Source: a virus
Length of the DNA stretch: 64,000 nucleotides
Strand: one strand, 5' to 3'
Virus record (IMG/VR): IMGVR_UViG_3300042898_002099
Shown here: positions 47,657 through 57,151 of the stretch, in pieces
How positions within the stretch are numbered: the first letter of the stretch is position 1
Layout: every line of letters starts with the position of its first letter
The notes under the pieces: generated by a model
The model's database searches: none
Seen by the model: the letters and a program-made list of their open reading frames with translations, nothing else
Told to the model about the DNA's origin: nothing
Position numbers and translations under genes: made by a program

Positions 47657-49266
47657 AATTCAATTCTGATAAATTTACTGTTTAAATCAATAACCATTCT
47701 ACCATCAGTTGATCTTAAAATTCCTGAAGTAATAGTACCAGCATTTTGAGAAACTTCTGATAATGCGTTTGCCGTTACTGTGATACCAGTAAAAATATTT
47801 GCAACCAATTGAGATCTAGTAATAGTACCACTTACAATTTTTGTTCCGCTAATAGAATTGCTAGCAATTTCTACCCCTGTTATTGAACCGGGTTGTATTT
47901 TACCTGTCGTAACAGCATTTGCGCCTAATTTACTAGATGTTACCGCTCCGTTAAACAACTCTCTTGTTGTTATAGTATTACTTACTAATTTTTCTCCAGT
48001 AATAACATTTGCTGCAATTTTAGATGTTATTATTGCATTAGATGCTATCTGTACATTACCTACTTGGCCTGCATTTAGAACAATATTTGTTACAGTGCCA
48101 CTTACACCTGGAGAATAAAAATCCCAACTAGTTTTAGTTGTATTTAAAATATAGCTAGTACCACCTACAATAATTAAATCGCCCGGATTAAATAGTGTTA
48201 CATCTGATGGCAATGATGCCAATGTTCTAACTCTTGCGGTGCCAGTATTTGCTGTAAATTGTTGTATTGTATTCCATGTACCGGAATAGATATATAACCC
48301 TTGATCTATACCAGATGTTTTTCTAAACAACTCAAATGCATTTGCTGTTGCTGGTAAAGAACCACCCGAAGAAATTCCTCCGCCTGCACCAGAAGAACTA
48401 GAAACATAATCACTTAAATTTTTCCATGCATTATTAATAAAGATATAAGCAATTGACCCTACAACAACTGTTCTACCTGAATAATTTCCTGCATCGCCTA
48501 CTACAGGCAACGTAACTAATACTTCTAGACCCGACGGTGCGCTAGATGTTATAACACTTGATAATGTTTTCCATTGACCAGAAATAAACAAATACGGTAT
48601 AGCATTTGCTGTTTCATAAAAGACTGTGCCTTCTGGCGCTGTCTGCGGTTTAACCGCACCTATAGCAAATGCTGTATCGCCTCTAAATCTTACCCATCTA
48701 GAATCGGAACCAGCTAATCTTGCAATTGCAGAATCTGCCGGTAATCCTGTACCATTGCCTACGGGGTATTTAGAGAATACCCAAACATCTCCAGAATTAA
48801 ATACAATCCTGCCTTCATAGTTACCCAATGTCGGTAAAGATGAAACTACAGGAATACCATTAACAGTTACATTTGCCGTACCTGAACCAGTGACAACAGT
48901 AATGTTTGCGCCGCTTATACCGCCAGTAAATGCGGCTAATCTAGCTAACACATAATCTTGTGTTGCTAATTCATTTGTATACCATTTAATAGTGCCATTC
49001 TCATTCAATATTAAAGAATCTGCGCCGTTTAAAGAAAAGCCAATAACACCCGAGGCTTGTCTGTACATTCCGGTGTCTTTATCACCTTGCCAAGCATATC
49101 CTGGTAATATTTTAGAATCAGATCCATAGCTTACAACTTGCCCGCCAGTATAAAGCGAATTAAAATTGTCGTTTACTTTGATGAAGGCATCGCGAAGTAA
49201 ATCGCCGTCTCCACTATTCGGTGTTGTTCCTACAAGAACATTTGGTAGATTTTTTGGGGCAGCCAT
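47653..49266 (-). CDS. baseplate-attached tail fibre (gp9/gp10-like N-terminus)
   Basis: VGTTPNSGDGDLLRDAFIKVNDNFNSLY; internal VV.SLP..GNY.GR repeats; C-terminal (A/S)IT..KI repeats. Confidence 0.75.
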   Translation of the reverse strand: MAAPKNLPNVLVGTTPNSGDGDLLRDAFIKVNDNFNSLYTGGQVVSYGSDSKILPGYAWQGDKDTGMYRQASGVIGFSLNGADSLILNENGTIKWYTNELATQDYVLARLAAFTGGISGANITVVTGSGTANVTVNGIPVVSSLPTLGNYEGRIVFNSGDVWVFSKYPVGNGTGLPADSAIARLAGSDSRWVRFRGDTAFAIGAVKPQTAPEGTVFYETANAIPYLFISGQWKTLSSVITSSAPSGLEVLVTLPVVGDAGNYSGRTVVVGSIAYIFINNAWKNLSDYVSSSSGAGGGISSGGSLPATANAFELFRKTSGIDQGLYIYSGTWNTIQQFTANTGTARVRTLASLPSDVTLFNPGDLIIVGGTSYILNTTKTSWDFYSPGVSGTVTNIVLNAGQVGNVQIASNAIITSKIAANVITGEKLVSNTITTRELFNGAVTSSKLGANAVTTGKIQPGSITGVEIASNSISGTKIVSGTITRSQLVANIFTGITVTANALSEVSQNAGTITSGILRSTDGRMVIDLNSKFIRIEL

Positions 49267-49270
49267 ATGG

Positions 49271-49477
49271 TTAACTTAAATTTAGATGGTTTTTAATTTT
49301 ATCAATTTCCGCTTTTAACATATTTATTTCGTCTTTCATATCCTGAATTAGTTTAGTCTGTTTTCTTTTTTGCTTATACTCAATTAACGCATGAGTATTA
49401 GTATTAAGAATTGCAGAACTTGCTGGGTCTATAACATACCCAGGATCGTTTTCTACGGGAATATATCTTGAATTCAT
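49271..49477 (-). CDS. conserved small structural-region protein
   Basis: IPVE..PG..ID..S.AILN followed by a coiled coil, typical downstream of VrlC-like genes. Confidence 0.7.
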   Translation of the reverse strand: MNSRYIPVENDPGYVIDPASSAILNTNTHALIEYKQKRKQTKLIQDMKDEINMLKAEIDKIKNHLNLS

Positions 49478-49478
49478 T

Positions 49479-51197
49479 TTATAATAATGAAGTTGCTACT
49501 AAGTTTTTAATCTTAGGTAAATAAACTGGATTGTTTGCGTAGAACACAATCTTAACTTGATAATTTGCAAAAGTTTCATATGTAGATGTTATTGCAACAT
49601 TTGAAACTAAGTTTGCAGAGTTTGAATATGTCAAAGCAGGTTCTAATAGTCTGTATGTTTCCTCCGTGAATAAATCGTCATTTGTTCCTGCATAAGATTT
49701 ACTCACAGGCGAAACTAATGGAAGTTTAATAAAAGGTCTTGCTACTATACCATTGACAAAACTTTTATCGTTTCTAGATAATACTCTAACAAAAACTTCG
49801 ATATCTGTACCAATTTTTCTATTGACATTTACTTTTACTTCCATGCCTGTAGAGTCAAATTGGTCTGCAAGCGATACAACTTTACTAATATATCTTGCCT
49901 TCGCTGTTCCGTGATTTGCAGCTAATTCAGATGTAGAAATATCTGCACTATAAGGCAATACGTTATTTCTAAATATTTGAGCTTTCATCAACTGTTTATC
50001 TAAAAATGGCGCAACATCTTTAGATTTTGTTGTTAATGATACTTGTAATTTTAAATCGCCGTTTTCTCGTAAAGATTGTCTTCCTGTTAAATTCAATTCC
50101 GAACCAGGAACAATATCGGTAAATTTTGTTTTATCTCTAGAGTTAGTATCTTCAGTTGTTTGTATTTTATATGTAACTTGTGCGGTATCACCCAAAGCAA
50201 CTTCTGTACTTAACAAACGAATTCTATTATAATCTATTTCAGCAAGAGCAGGGGTTGTCATTTCAAAAGTTACTGTGCCAGGATCAAATTTTGCTTTACC
50301 TAACATAAAAGTTAAATCCTCATTCTCATCACCCAGCCAATCTGTAGTATTCTGTGCTTTAAATAACCTACCAGCAAACGGTTGCTTAACTGTTTTACCA
50401 TCGCCTGTTTTTGCGGACAATAATTGATATTTGTCCGATTTAGTATATACACAGAATGCATATTCGCCAGGCTTCAAATATATTGGATTTGCGAATACAA
50501 ATGTTGTTGCTTTTGCCCCTGCTGTTGCGTCATATACGTTTATATCTGTAGGTGTCTTTGTTGATACTGTACCAGACATATATTCTGTTGTAGACGGTTT
50601 GCTACCAGACATAGGTCTTAATTCTATACTTACAGGTAACTTATCGTCTTTAGTATAGAAGAATAAATTAATATAAGTTAAAACAATACCCAATGGATAT
50701 GTCCCTGCATCTATTGTGAATGTTTGCGATAACGGATCCAATCTTTTCTGAGTATTATTTGCATCCGCGGAAGATCCTAACGGAGAAGTTCTAAATTTTT
50801 CCGTTGTTCTTAGCGCAATTGTACCACCTTGTTCTGGATCTACGATATTTAACCCGTGATTCATTAAAGTGGTTTCAGAAATATACTTACATTTTTCTAT
50901 ACCATCTGCACTATCACCAAATGTTAGACGAATTTCACCTGCATTAAATTTGTATTTGCCTTCGGTGCTAGGTATATACACAAAACCAAGTGCACTACCT
51001 AATTGATCTGTAGTAATAGTATCACCTAATAATGCGCCAGTTGTTACCGGTGCTGTAAAAGGAGTTATATTAACACCATTTACATAAGTATAAATTTTTA
51101 TACCAGGTGGCATTTGAGCCACCGTAAAAGACATAACCTCAGATCCCGCATAAATCGGTATTTCTGCATCTCTGGTTGATGTTATATTTGTCGCCAT
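49479..51197 (-). CDS. virion structural protein, C-terminal half of VrlC/DUF4815-like protein
   Basis: DPLSQTF, LFFYTKD..LPVSIELRP, T.F.FANPIYL..GEYA, G.LFKAQN...W....EDL.F, ARYISKVVSL, YQVKIV. Confidence 0.8.
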   Translation of the reverse strand: MATNITSTRDAEIPIYAGSEVMSFTVAQMPPGIKIYTYVNGVNITPFTAPVTTGALLGDTITTDQLGSALGFVYIPSTEGKYKFNAGEIRLTFGDSADGIEKCKYISETTLMNHGLNIVDPEQGGTIALRTTEKFRTSPLGSSADANNTQKRLDPLSQTFTIDAGTYPLGIVLTYINLFFYTKDDKLPVSIELRPMSGSKPSTTEYMSGTVSTKTPTDINVYDATAGAKATTFVFANPIYLKPGEYAFCVYTKSDKYQLLSAKTGDGKTVKQPFAGRLFKAQNTTDWLGDENEDLTFMLGKAKFDPGTVTFEMTTPALAEIDYNRIRLLSTEVALGDTAQVTYKIQTTEDTNSRDKTKFTDIVPGSELNLTGRQSLRENGDLKLQVSLTTKSKDVAPFLDKQLMKAQIFRNNVLPYSADISTSELAANHGTAKARYISKVVSLADQFDSTGMEVKVNVNRKIGTDIEVFVRVLSRNDKSFVNGIVARPFIKLPLVSPVSKSYAGTNDDLFTEETYRLLEPALTYSNSANLVSNVAITSTYETFANYQVKIVFYANNPVYLPKIKNLVATSLL

Positions 51198-51198
51198 A

Positions 51199-54100
51199 TT
51201 AAATTCCTACTAAAGAATAGTTTACTGATTTATATCCGTTATTTTCAATTTGCACAGCTTTAGGATAACGCTTTTCAACTTCGTGAGCCATATATCCTTC
51301 AAACACGCCATGTCCTGCAATATCTTTAAATTCTTTTCTATATTCATATTGATATAGATTTAACCCGTTTGGCATTTTTCTAACAAACTTGACGTTTGTT
51401 TTCATTCTTTCATCTGAGAATAATTTTTTAAGACCCTTCCATACAACTTTTACTACTTTAACTGCAACATATGCAACAGCAACAACTGCCGCAACTTGAA
51501 TAAGTACGGGTGCGGTACTAATATATGCAGCAAATGTAGTAGCACCAGATGCAATTGCTGCGGTTGCAGCTCCTAAAATAGGCACGCCGGTGGTTGCTGC
51601 AGCTAATGCACTCGCCCCCTGTGCAATTCCAGCAAAGACAAATGTTGCAGACGCTGATACAAGTTGTGTTAATCCTGTTTGCAATCCTGATAATGTAGTA
51701 CTAAAAGAATTTGAAAAGATGCCGCCCAATGTGTCTGTTAAACTGGTCAATGCTGTACTAAAATTGGCAGCTCCAGAAGTTAATAGTTGAGAATTTAATA
51801 AAGATAACTCAGTCGCAGTAGCCAATCCTGCAGTTGTGCTTGGTATTACGCTACTACTACCTGTTAACCAATCGGATACAAAACTTGTCATGTCTTTCAA
51901 AGTTGTAAAACCAGAATTTACAAATTTAGATAGTCCATCTATAGAACTTATTGAATTATAAAAATTCAAACCAATATCTCGAACCGCTCCCCACGCTACA
52001 GATAATATACTTTCTCCATAAAATGCTGCCGTATTTGCGAATCCCCCAATTCCGATGCCATCCGCAAGGGCAGCAATACTATATGCTGTAATTACTTTTG
52101 ATGCAACTAACCCACCAAATAATAACAGGCCTCCGGTTAACCATATATTAATATTAAAGGAATTTTTCTTTGAAATTTCTGCTCTACCCACACCATCATT
52201 AATAGCACCAGGATTTACATTAATAAAACTATTTGCTTCTAATTGTGATGCAAATACTTCATTTACATATTTCATAGTAATAAGATCATTTATTTCTAAA
52301 ATGTCTATATCTGCTACCACATTTAAATCTACATTATATACTGCAAAACCGGGGAAACATTCTTGTTCGTCAGTATCAACAGCAACACCAAAATAACCAC
52401 TTGTAAGATCAGCTTTATCTGTGTCGGTAAAATCTTCAACTAAAATGCCAGATTTCAACAATGTATCGCCGTTATCATTTGTTACAATGGATCTCAAATT
52501 TGCAATTTCAATACTTTGTAATTTTACTGCTTTATCTAAATTAATTGCAAGAGTTTCAATTTTGCCTATGTCTCGCATAGTGAAGCGTTTATTATCATCA
52601 TATGTTATTTTAACATCAAAAGAACTTCTTGCATATGGTGGTATTTCTAAAACTGCAAGACTCAATTTGCTAATATCCGAGATATCGTTAATTTCTTTTG
52701 GGTTAGCGGATTCGATACCTTGTTGTACATAGAATTTATTATACGGAGAATCATAATTTTGTAACGTATTAGTCACATAAATTCTATCTTTTCTGCCAAG
52801 ATAATAAGTAACATCTGCTTCAGTGTTAACTGTAGATGTTGGTATGATTGAGGCCGCAAAATTATAATAAAGACTATCATCAATTCTTCTTGGTCTAAAA
52901 TCTATTGCATCTCTCAAATTAAATTCATTTGAATCTACAACCGATCTATAGGTTGGTATTCTAGAATAGTATGAAGCTGGATATGATTGTACTGTAGCTG
53001 GTCCTTCGCCCGTATGTGTAAAATAATCAAATAACACTAAAACATTTCCAGGAGGATTTGCTGCAGAAATAAATTTAACTGTTCCATGATCATAGAAAGT
53101 ATCTCGTTGACCATTATCTAAAATATAATTGGTGTTAGTCTCAGAAATCAACGACGTCCATGCATTGGCATTTACTGGCGAAATATTAGACGTTGGTGCA
53201 ATTGCAATATATGCGGTACTATCTAAAGTTACTATGTCATTATAATTATATGATGTTGTAGAAATCCAAGATCCAAGATATTTTCCAACATTTGATAATG
53301 CATATAAATTCTTAAACGATGTAATATCGGATTTACCTAACGAATACGCATAATCAGCCAATGCAACATTTACAATTTTTGCATGATTCTCAACTAAAGT
53401 TTTTGTTCTTGGTTGTAAATCGTCGCTTTCAATTTTTAAAGATACATCAGCAATTCCGGTGAATGACGGATCATTCATATTAATAGTTAATGTAGCGGAA
53501 TCACCGGCAATTGTTGTTGTGCCTCTTTCAAAATTATAAGCACCTAAATTTGTATTGCCTGTTGCTCCACTTTTTACCAACACAATAAAGTTTGTTCTTG
53601 CAGTACTTGCAGGAATTATACCATCACCCAATGCAAATGTTTCTGGTGCAGATAATGTCTTTGAAAATACCCCAGAACTAAACACAGCATTATTAAAAAC
53701 TCTTATATACTCACTTCTAATAGTATCAACATTTTTTACATATGTTTTATTAATAGGAAATAACAATCGTTCTGCTGGTCTATTAGAATCAAATATTGTA
53801 GTTACGCCAGATGTAGCAATACCATCACTTGCAATATCTGCATAGAAGAAAGGTGAAGAATATGTAGCCGCAGTACCATGTGATGTAAGACCATTTGATA
53901 CACCGACTACACTTCGTATTTGTTTTACGTTAATTAAACCATCATAGAATGGACTACCGTTTACAACTTCTAAATATGCTTTAACATTAGTTAATGATCT
54001 AGCTTTATCAGTTGGATCCGCGGTGGCCGAAGATACTGCCGCAACTACCTCAGCCCTGACTTTTTCAATGTCTTTATTATTATTGATCCAAGTGTTGTAC

Positions 54101-55833
54101 CAAAAATATACGCCTTCAACATCAGGCTCTCTGAATAATCCATAATATGGAGTATTTGCTGGACCATATCGCCCCCAAAGCTCATTTGATGTATAAATTA
54201 CGTTTGCAATATATTGCCCATCGGCAACTGAAACTCCATATTTCGTGGACCAATCTGCCCACGATGCTGGCACTTCTTTTACTGGGGAATATAAGTGATA
54301 GAATAATTTATATTGAGGTGCAACGTTGACTCCTCCAATATAACTATCATATTCAATGTTTTTATATGCAAGTGTACCAACTAATGTATTTGCACCTGTT
54401 GGATTTTTTACACTATGTAATTCCAAAAACAACGAGCTTGCAGTTAGTTCTGTAGGTGAAATAATCTTATACTGCAAATTAGCTAATTTAAAATAATTAC
54501 CCTGTGTAGTATTAATATTATAACCAGTCTTTGTTTCTGTCAAAGTAGACTTAGGAACAGAAACTTCTGTAGCACCTACCGTTCTTACTGGCAATCCCCC
54601 GACATATGCTTTACCCTCAGACAAAGAGAATTTTAAATCTGCATCAGTTTCTAGCCCAACAATTGGCGAAATCTTAAATTGATTTACTACATAGCTTCCA
54701 GATTCATCGTATGTTCTTTCTGCTAATTTTTTATCTAAATCGGCATCTGCAGTTAACTCTGCAAGGAATTCAATTTGCCCTTTATTGTAATTTAATAAAG
54801 GAATTACATCGCCGGCAACGGTACCTTCAACTTTACCATCGTCATTGACATCTAAACTTACGAGGTTTAGATCTACTTTTAATCTATCAGCACCCGTTGC
54901 AAAATAATTTGAACTACCAAACGCAGGATCTAAAAGTGTATTATCATCCTCACTTGTAATAATTTGTTGATCACTTAAATAACCAACCAATTTTGTTGGG
55001 TAAGCTGTGTTTTTATCCGGTACAATTCTTTGTAATGATGCTTTAACAAAAAACCCATATTTGTAAAAGATTGCATCATCCTGTGATACTATAGTTGTTG
55101 GATTTGTTGGTTTGGTAACATAAGCAACATTTTGCCCACCAATAACAACATCCGGTGCATCACTAATTTCTATTTCTAAAGTATTTACAATTTTAGTGAC
55201 ATACAGTTTCTTTGTTATAGAAGGATGTACTAATAAATCACCCACTTTAATAATTGTACTTGGGTTTGTTAGGACAACCGTTTTAGAAAATTGTTTAAGT
55301 GTAGATATTGCATTTTTTGTAATATCGGTTGTTGCAATTGCAGTGTAGCTAGGTGTTGCTTTGTTTAATGCATCTGTATAATCAGTATAAAAATACAGTT
55401 CATCGTTTTCTGTAAACATACCATCATTTTCTATATTGTATTTCTTTAAAGAAATAACAATACTAATAGGGTCACCTAATTCAGGATCATCTGCTTCATA
55501 TACAAACTCTACATAACCTAAAACTTCTGATGTTGCTGTAGTAACATACGTGTTCAATAAATTTGAAACAGTAATAGGTGTGCCGCGCGAATCTGTATTT
55601 TTTAAACGAATTGTTCTTGCATCAAGATTAACTGACGGGGCAGGGCCTGAAACTTTACTACCATCTTTGAATAGAAAATTACCTACAGACTTAATTTGAT
55701 TTTGTAATATTGTCTGCGATTGAGTTAGTTCTCTTGCTTGTACCGCTACACCGGGTTTGAATAACACTCGAACGAAGTTTTTATCTTCATCGAAGTCATC
55801 AAAATATGGTGAAACATTTGTTAGTACAGTCAT
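51199..55833 (-). CDS. VrlC/DUF4815-like large baseplate/tail protein with hydrophobic C-terminal region and S74 intramolecular chaperone
   Basis: NVSPYFDDFDEDKNF.RVLFKPG.AVQARELTQ.Q, GADRLK, LAERTYDESGSY, DNGQRD, DFRPR, NKRFTMRDIGKIE; terminal SDERMKTNV...YMAHEVEKRYPKAV...YKSVNY. Confidence 0.88.
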   Translation of the reverse strand: MTVLTNVSPYFDDFDEDKNFVRVLFKPGVAVQARELTQSQTILQNQIKSVGNFLFKDGSKVSGPAPSVNLDARTIRLKNTDSRGTPITVSNLLNTYVTTATSEVLGYVEFVYEADDPELGDPISIVISLKKYNIENDGMFTENDELYFYTDYTDALNKATPSYTAIATTDITKNAISTLKQFSKTVVLTNPSTIIKVGDLLVHPSITKKLYVTKIVNTLEIEISDAPDVVIGGQNVAYVTKPTNPTTIVSQDDAIFYKYGFFVKASLQRIVPDKNTAYPTKLVGYLSDQQIITSEDDNTLLDPAFGSSNYFATGADRLKVDLNLVSLDVNDDGKVEGTVAGDVIPLLNYNKGQIEFLAELTADADLDKKLAERTYDESGSYVVNQFKISPIVGLETDADLKFSLSEGKAYVGGLPVRTVGATEVSVPKSTLTETKTGYNINTTQGNYFKLANLQYKIISPTELTASSLFLELHSVKNPTGANTLVGTLAYKNIEYDSYIGGVNVAPQYKLFYHLYSPVKEVPASWADWSTKYGVSVADGQYIANVIYTSNELWGRYGPANTPYYGLFREPDVEGVYFWYNTWINNNKDIEKVRAEVVAAVSSATADPTDKARSLTNVKAYLEVVNGSPFYDGLINVKQIRSVVGVSNGLTSHGTAATYSSPFFYADIASDGIATSGVTTIFDSNRPAERLLFPINKTYVKNVDTIRSEYIRVFNNAVFSSGVFSKTLSAPETFALGDGIIPASTARTNFIVLVKSGATGNTNLGAYNFERGTTTIAGDSATLTINMNDPSFTGIADVSLKIESDDLQPRTKTLVENHAKIVNVALADYAYSLGKSDITSFKNLYALSNVGKYLGSWISTTSYNYNDIVTLDSTAYIAIAPTSNISPVNANAWTSLISETNTNYILDNGQRDTFYDHGTVKFISAANPPGNVLVLFDYFTHTGEGPATVQSYPASYYSRIPTYRSVVDSNEFNLRDAIDFRPRRIDDSLYYNFAASIIPTSTVNTEADVTYYLGRKDRIYVTNTLQNYDSPYNKFYVQQGIESANPKEINDISDISKLSLAVLEIPPYARSSFDVKITYDDNKRFTMRDIGKIETLAINLDKAVKLQSIEIANLRSIVTNDNGDTLLKSGILVEDFTDTDKADLTSGYFGVAVDTDEQECFPGFAVYNVDLNVVADIDILEINDLITMKYVNEVFASQLEANSFINVNPGAINDGVGRAEISKKNSFNINIWLTGGLLLFGGLVASKVITAYSIAALADGIGIGGFANTAAFYGESILSVAWGAVRDIGLNFYNSISSIDGLSKFVNSGFTTLKDMTSFVSDWLTGSSSVIPSTTAGLATATELSLLNSQLLTSGAANFSTALTSLTDTLGGIFSNSFSTTLSGLQTGLTQLVSASATFVFAGIAQGASALAAATTGVPILGAATAAIASGATTFAAYISTAPVLIQVAAVVAVAYVAVKVVKVVWKGLKKLFSDERMKTNVKFVRKMPNGLNLYQYEYRKEFKDIAGHGVFEGYMAHEVEKRYPKAVQIENNGYKSVNYSLVGI

Positions 55834-55842
55834 ATCTTTTCC

Positions 55843-57141
55843 TTAAAATTCTATTACAAGATGTAAATTATCTGTTTGATCTATTGTTCTAGTTACAGGT
55901 TCTCTATTTTCCAAATAAAGTATTTCACCGGTGTCTTGCATTACTTCTGATAATAAAGATTGTGTAACTATTGCTGTTGCTCCGGAAGTCCTGCCTATCA
56001 CAGACTCTCCGATTGTAAATGGTTTATAATTTTCTGTTGTTCCAAATGATTGAATATATCTAATATATCCGTTTCCTGAAACCACATTTGATGTTACTGC
56101 ATAAGCATTTGCTTTACTAGTAATACCAACAAGGTATTCGTTGTTTATAAATGTGCCATTTACGTTACTTACATTTATACCAACCAATCCAGATAATGTT
56201 GCAGCATTTGCCAAAACATTGCCTGTCTGCATTGGATTTTTAACTATACCCACTTTTCTAAAAGAAAATCCTGTAGGGAAATCTCCGTATCCTTCATTGT
56301 ATTCGGCTTTTACATTTAACATAACATAATACGCACCTAATTCCGATACAGGATCATATCCATGCCCATTAACAGGACTCAATATTGCTTTAATGTTTGC
56401 TAACCTGCCTGTGCCTTGATTGTCTGAAATATATGCATTTGCAAATCTATATTTTGAACCAGCATTGGTATATACAAAATCATAGATAACGCCTAAATTT
56501 TGTTTGGCTGAAATATTTGCATTTATGCCGTCGCCCTCTATTGTAACTTTTGAGAATACTGAATAATCTAAACCGCCATTATAAATTTTAATATTTTCTA
56601 TAGCACCATCTTTTGCAACAGTTGCAACATCTGTATTTGTTCTTACGGGCATCCAATTGTCTGTTAAGAACTTTAATTTGTCTGATGTAGATACAGTATA
56701 TAAGTATTTCCACTTATAACTATCAGAAGTAGTAAATATATTTAAACTTTTTCCCGTTGGTTCTACTGTAGATGCAGATCCACCTACATTGTCGATACAC
56801 TTATATACATCAAAATCTCTATTGATTACATAGAAATTTTTTGTCAATAATTCTGTGTCCTCGTGGTCATATTCAGCATATATTGTTTGAGCCTCCCAAT
56901 TTATACGCTTAATAACATTAACCATATTAGTAGGCACTATGCGTTTTAAACTAACAATTTCATCCCATGTTTTAGAATAATTTTGTTGTGAATCTTTAGG
57001 GTCTGGCGGAAAATCGCCCTCACCCCAGGGGTCGGGTTTTGCTAAGAACATATATAATGTGTTTTCTCCGGAAACAGTATAACTGTCCAAGAAACTCTTA
57101 GCATTACTGATTTTAAATTTGTTAGTTACTATGTTAGGCAT
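55843..57141 (-). CDS. gp8: baseplate wedge subunit
   Basis: YMFLAKPDPW, FYVIN..FDVYKCIDN, STVEPT, YKWKYLY, GHGYDPVSELGA, GEILYLENR. Confidence 0.9.
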   Translation of the reverse strand: MPNIVTNKFKISNAKSFLDSYTVSGENTLYMFLAKPDPWGEGDFPPDPKDSQQNYSKTWDEIVSLKRIVPTNMVNVIKRINWEAQTIYAEYDHEDTELLTKNFYVINRDFDVYKCIDNVGGSASTVEPTGKSLNIFTTSDSYKWKYLYTVSTSDKLKFLTDNWMPVRTNTDVATVAKDGAIENIKIYNGGLDYSVFSKVTIEGDGINANISAKQNLGVIYDFVYTNAGSKYRFANAYISDNQGTGRLANIKAILSPVNGHGYDPVSELGAYYVMLNVKAEYNEGYGDFPTGFSFRKVGIVKNPMQTGNVLANAATLSGLVGINVSNVNGTFINNEYLVGITSKANAYAVTSNVVSGNGYIRYIQSFGTTENYKPFTIGESVIGRTSGATAIVTQSLLSEVMQDTGEILYLENREPVTRTIDQTDNLHLVIEF

Positions 57142-57151
57142 CTATTATTTA

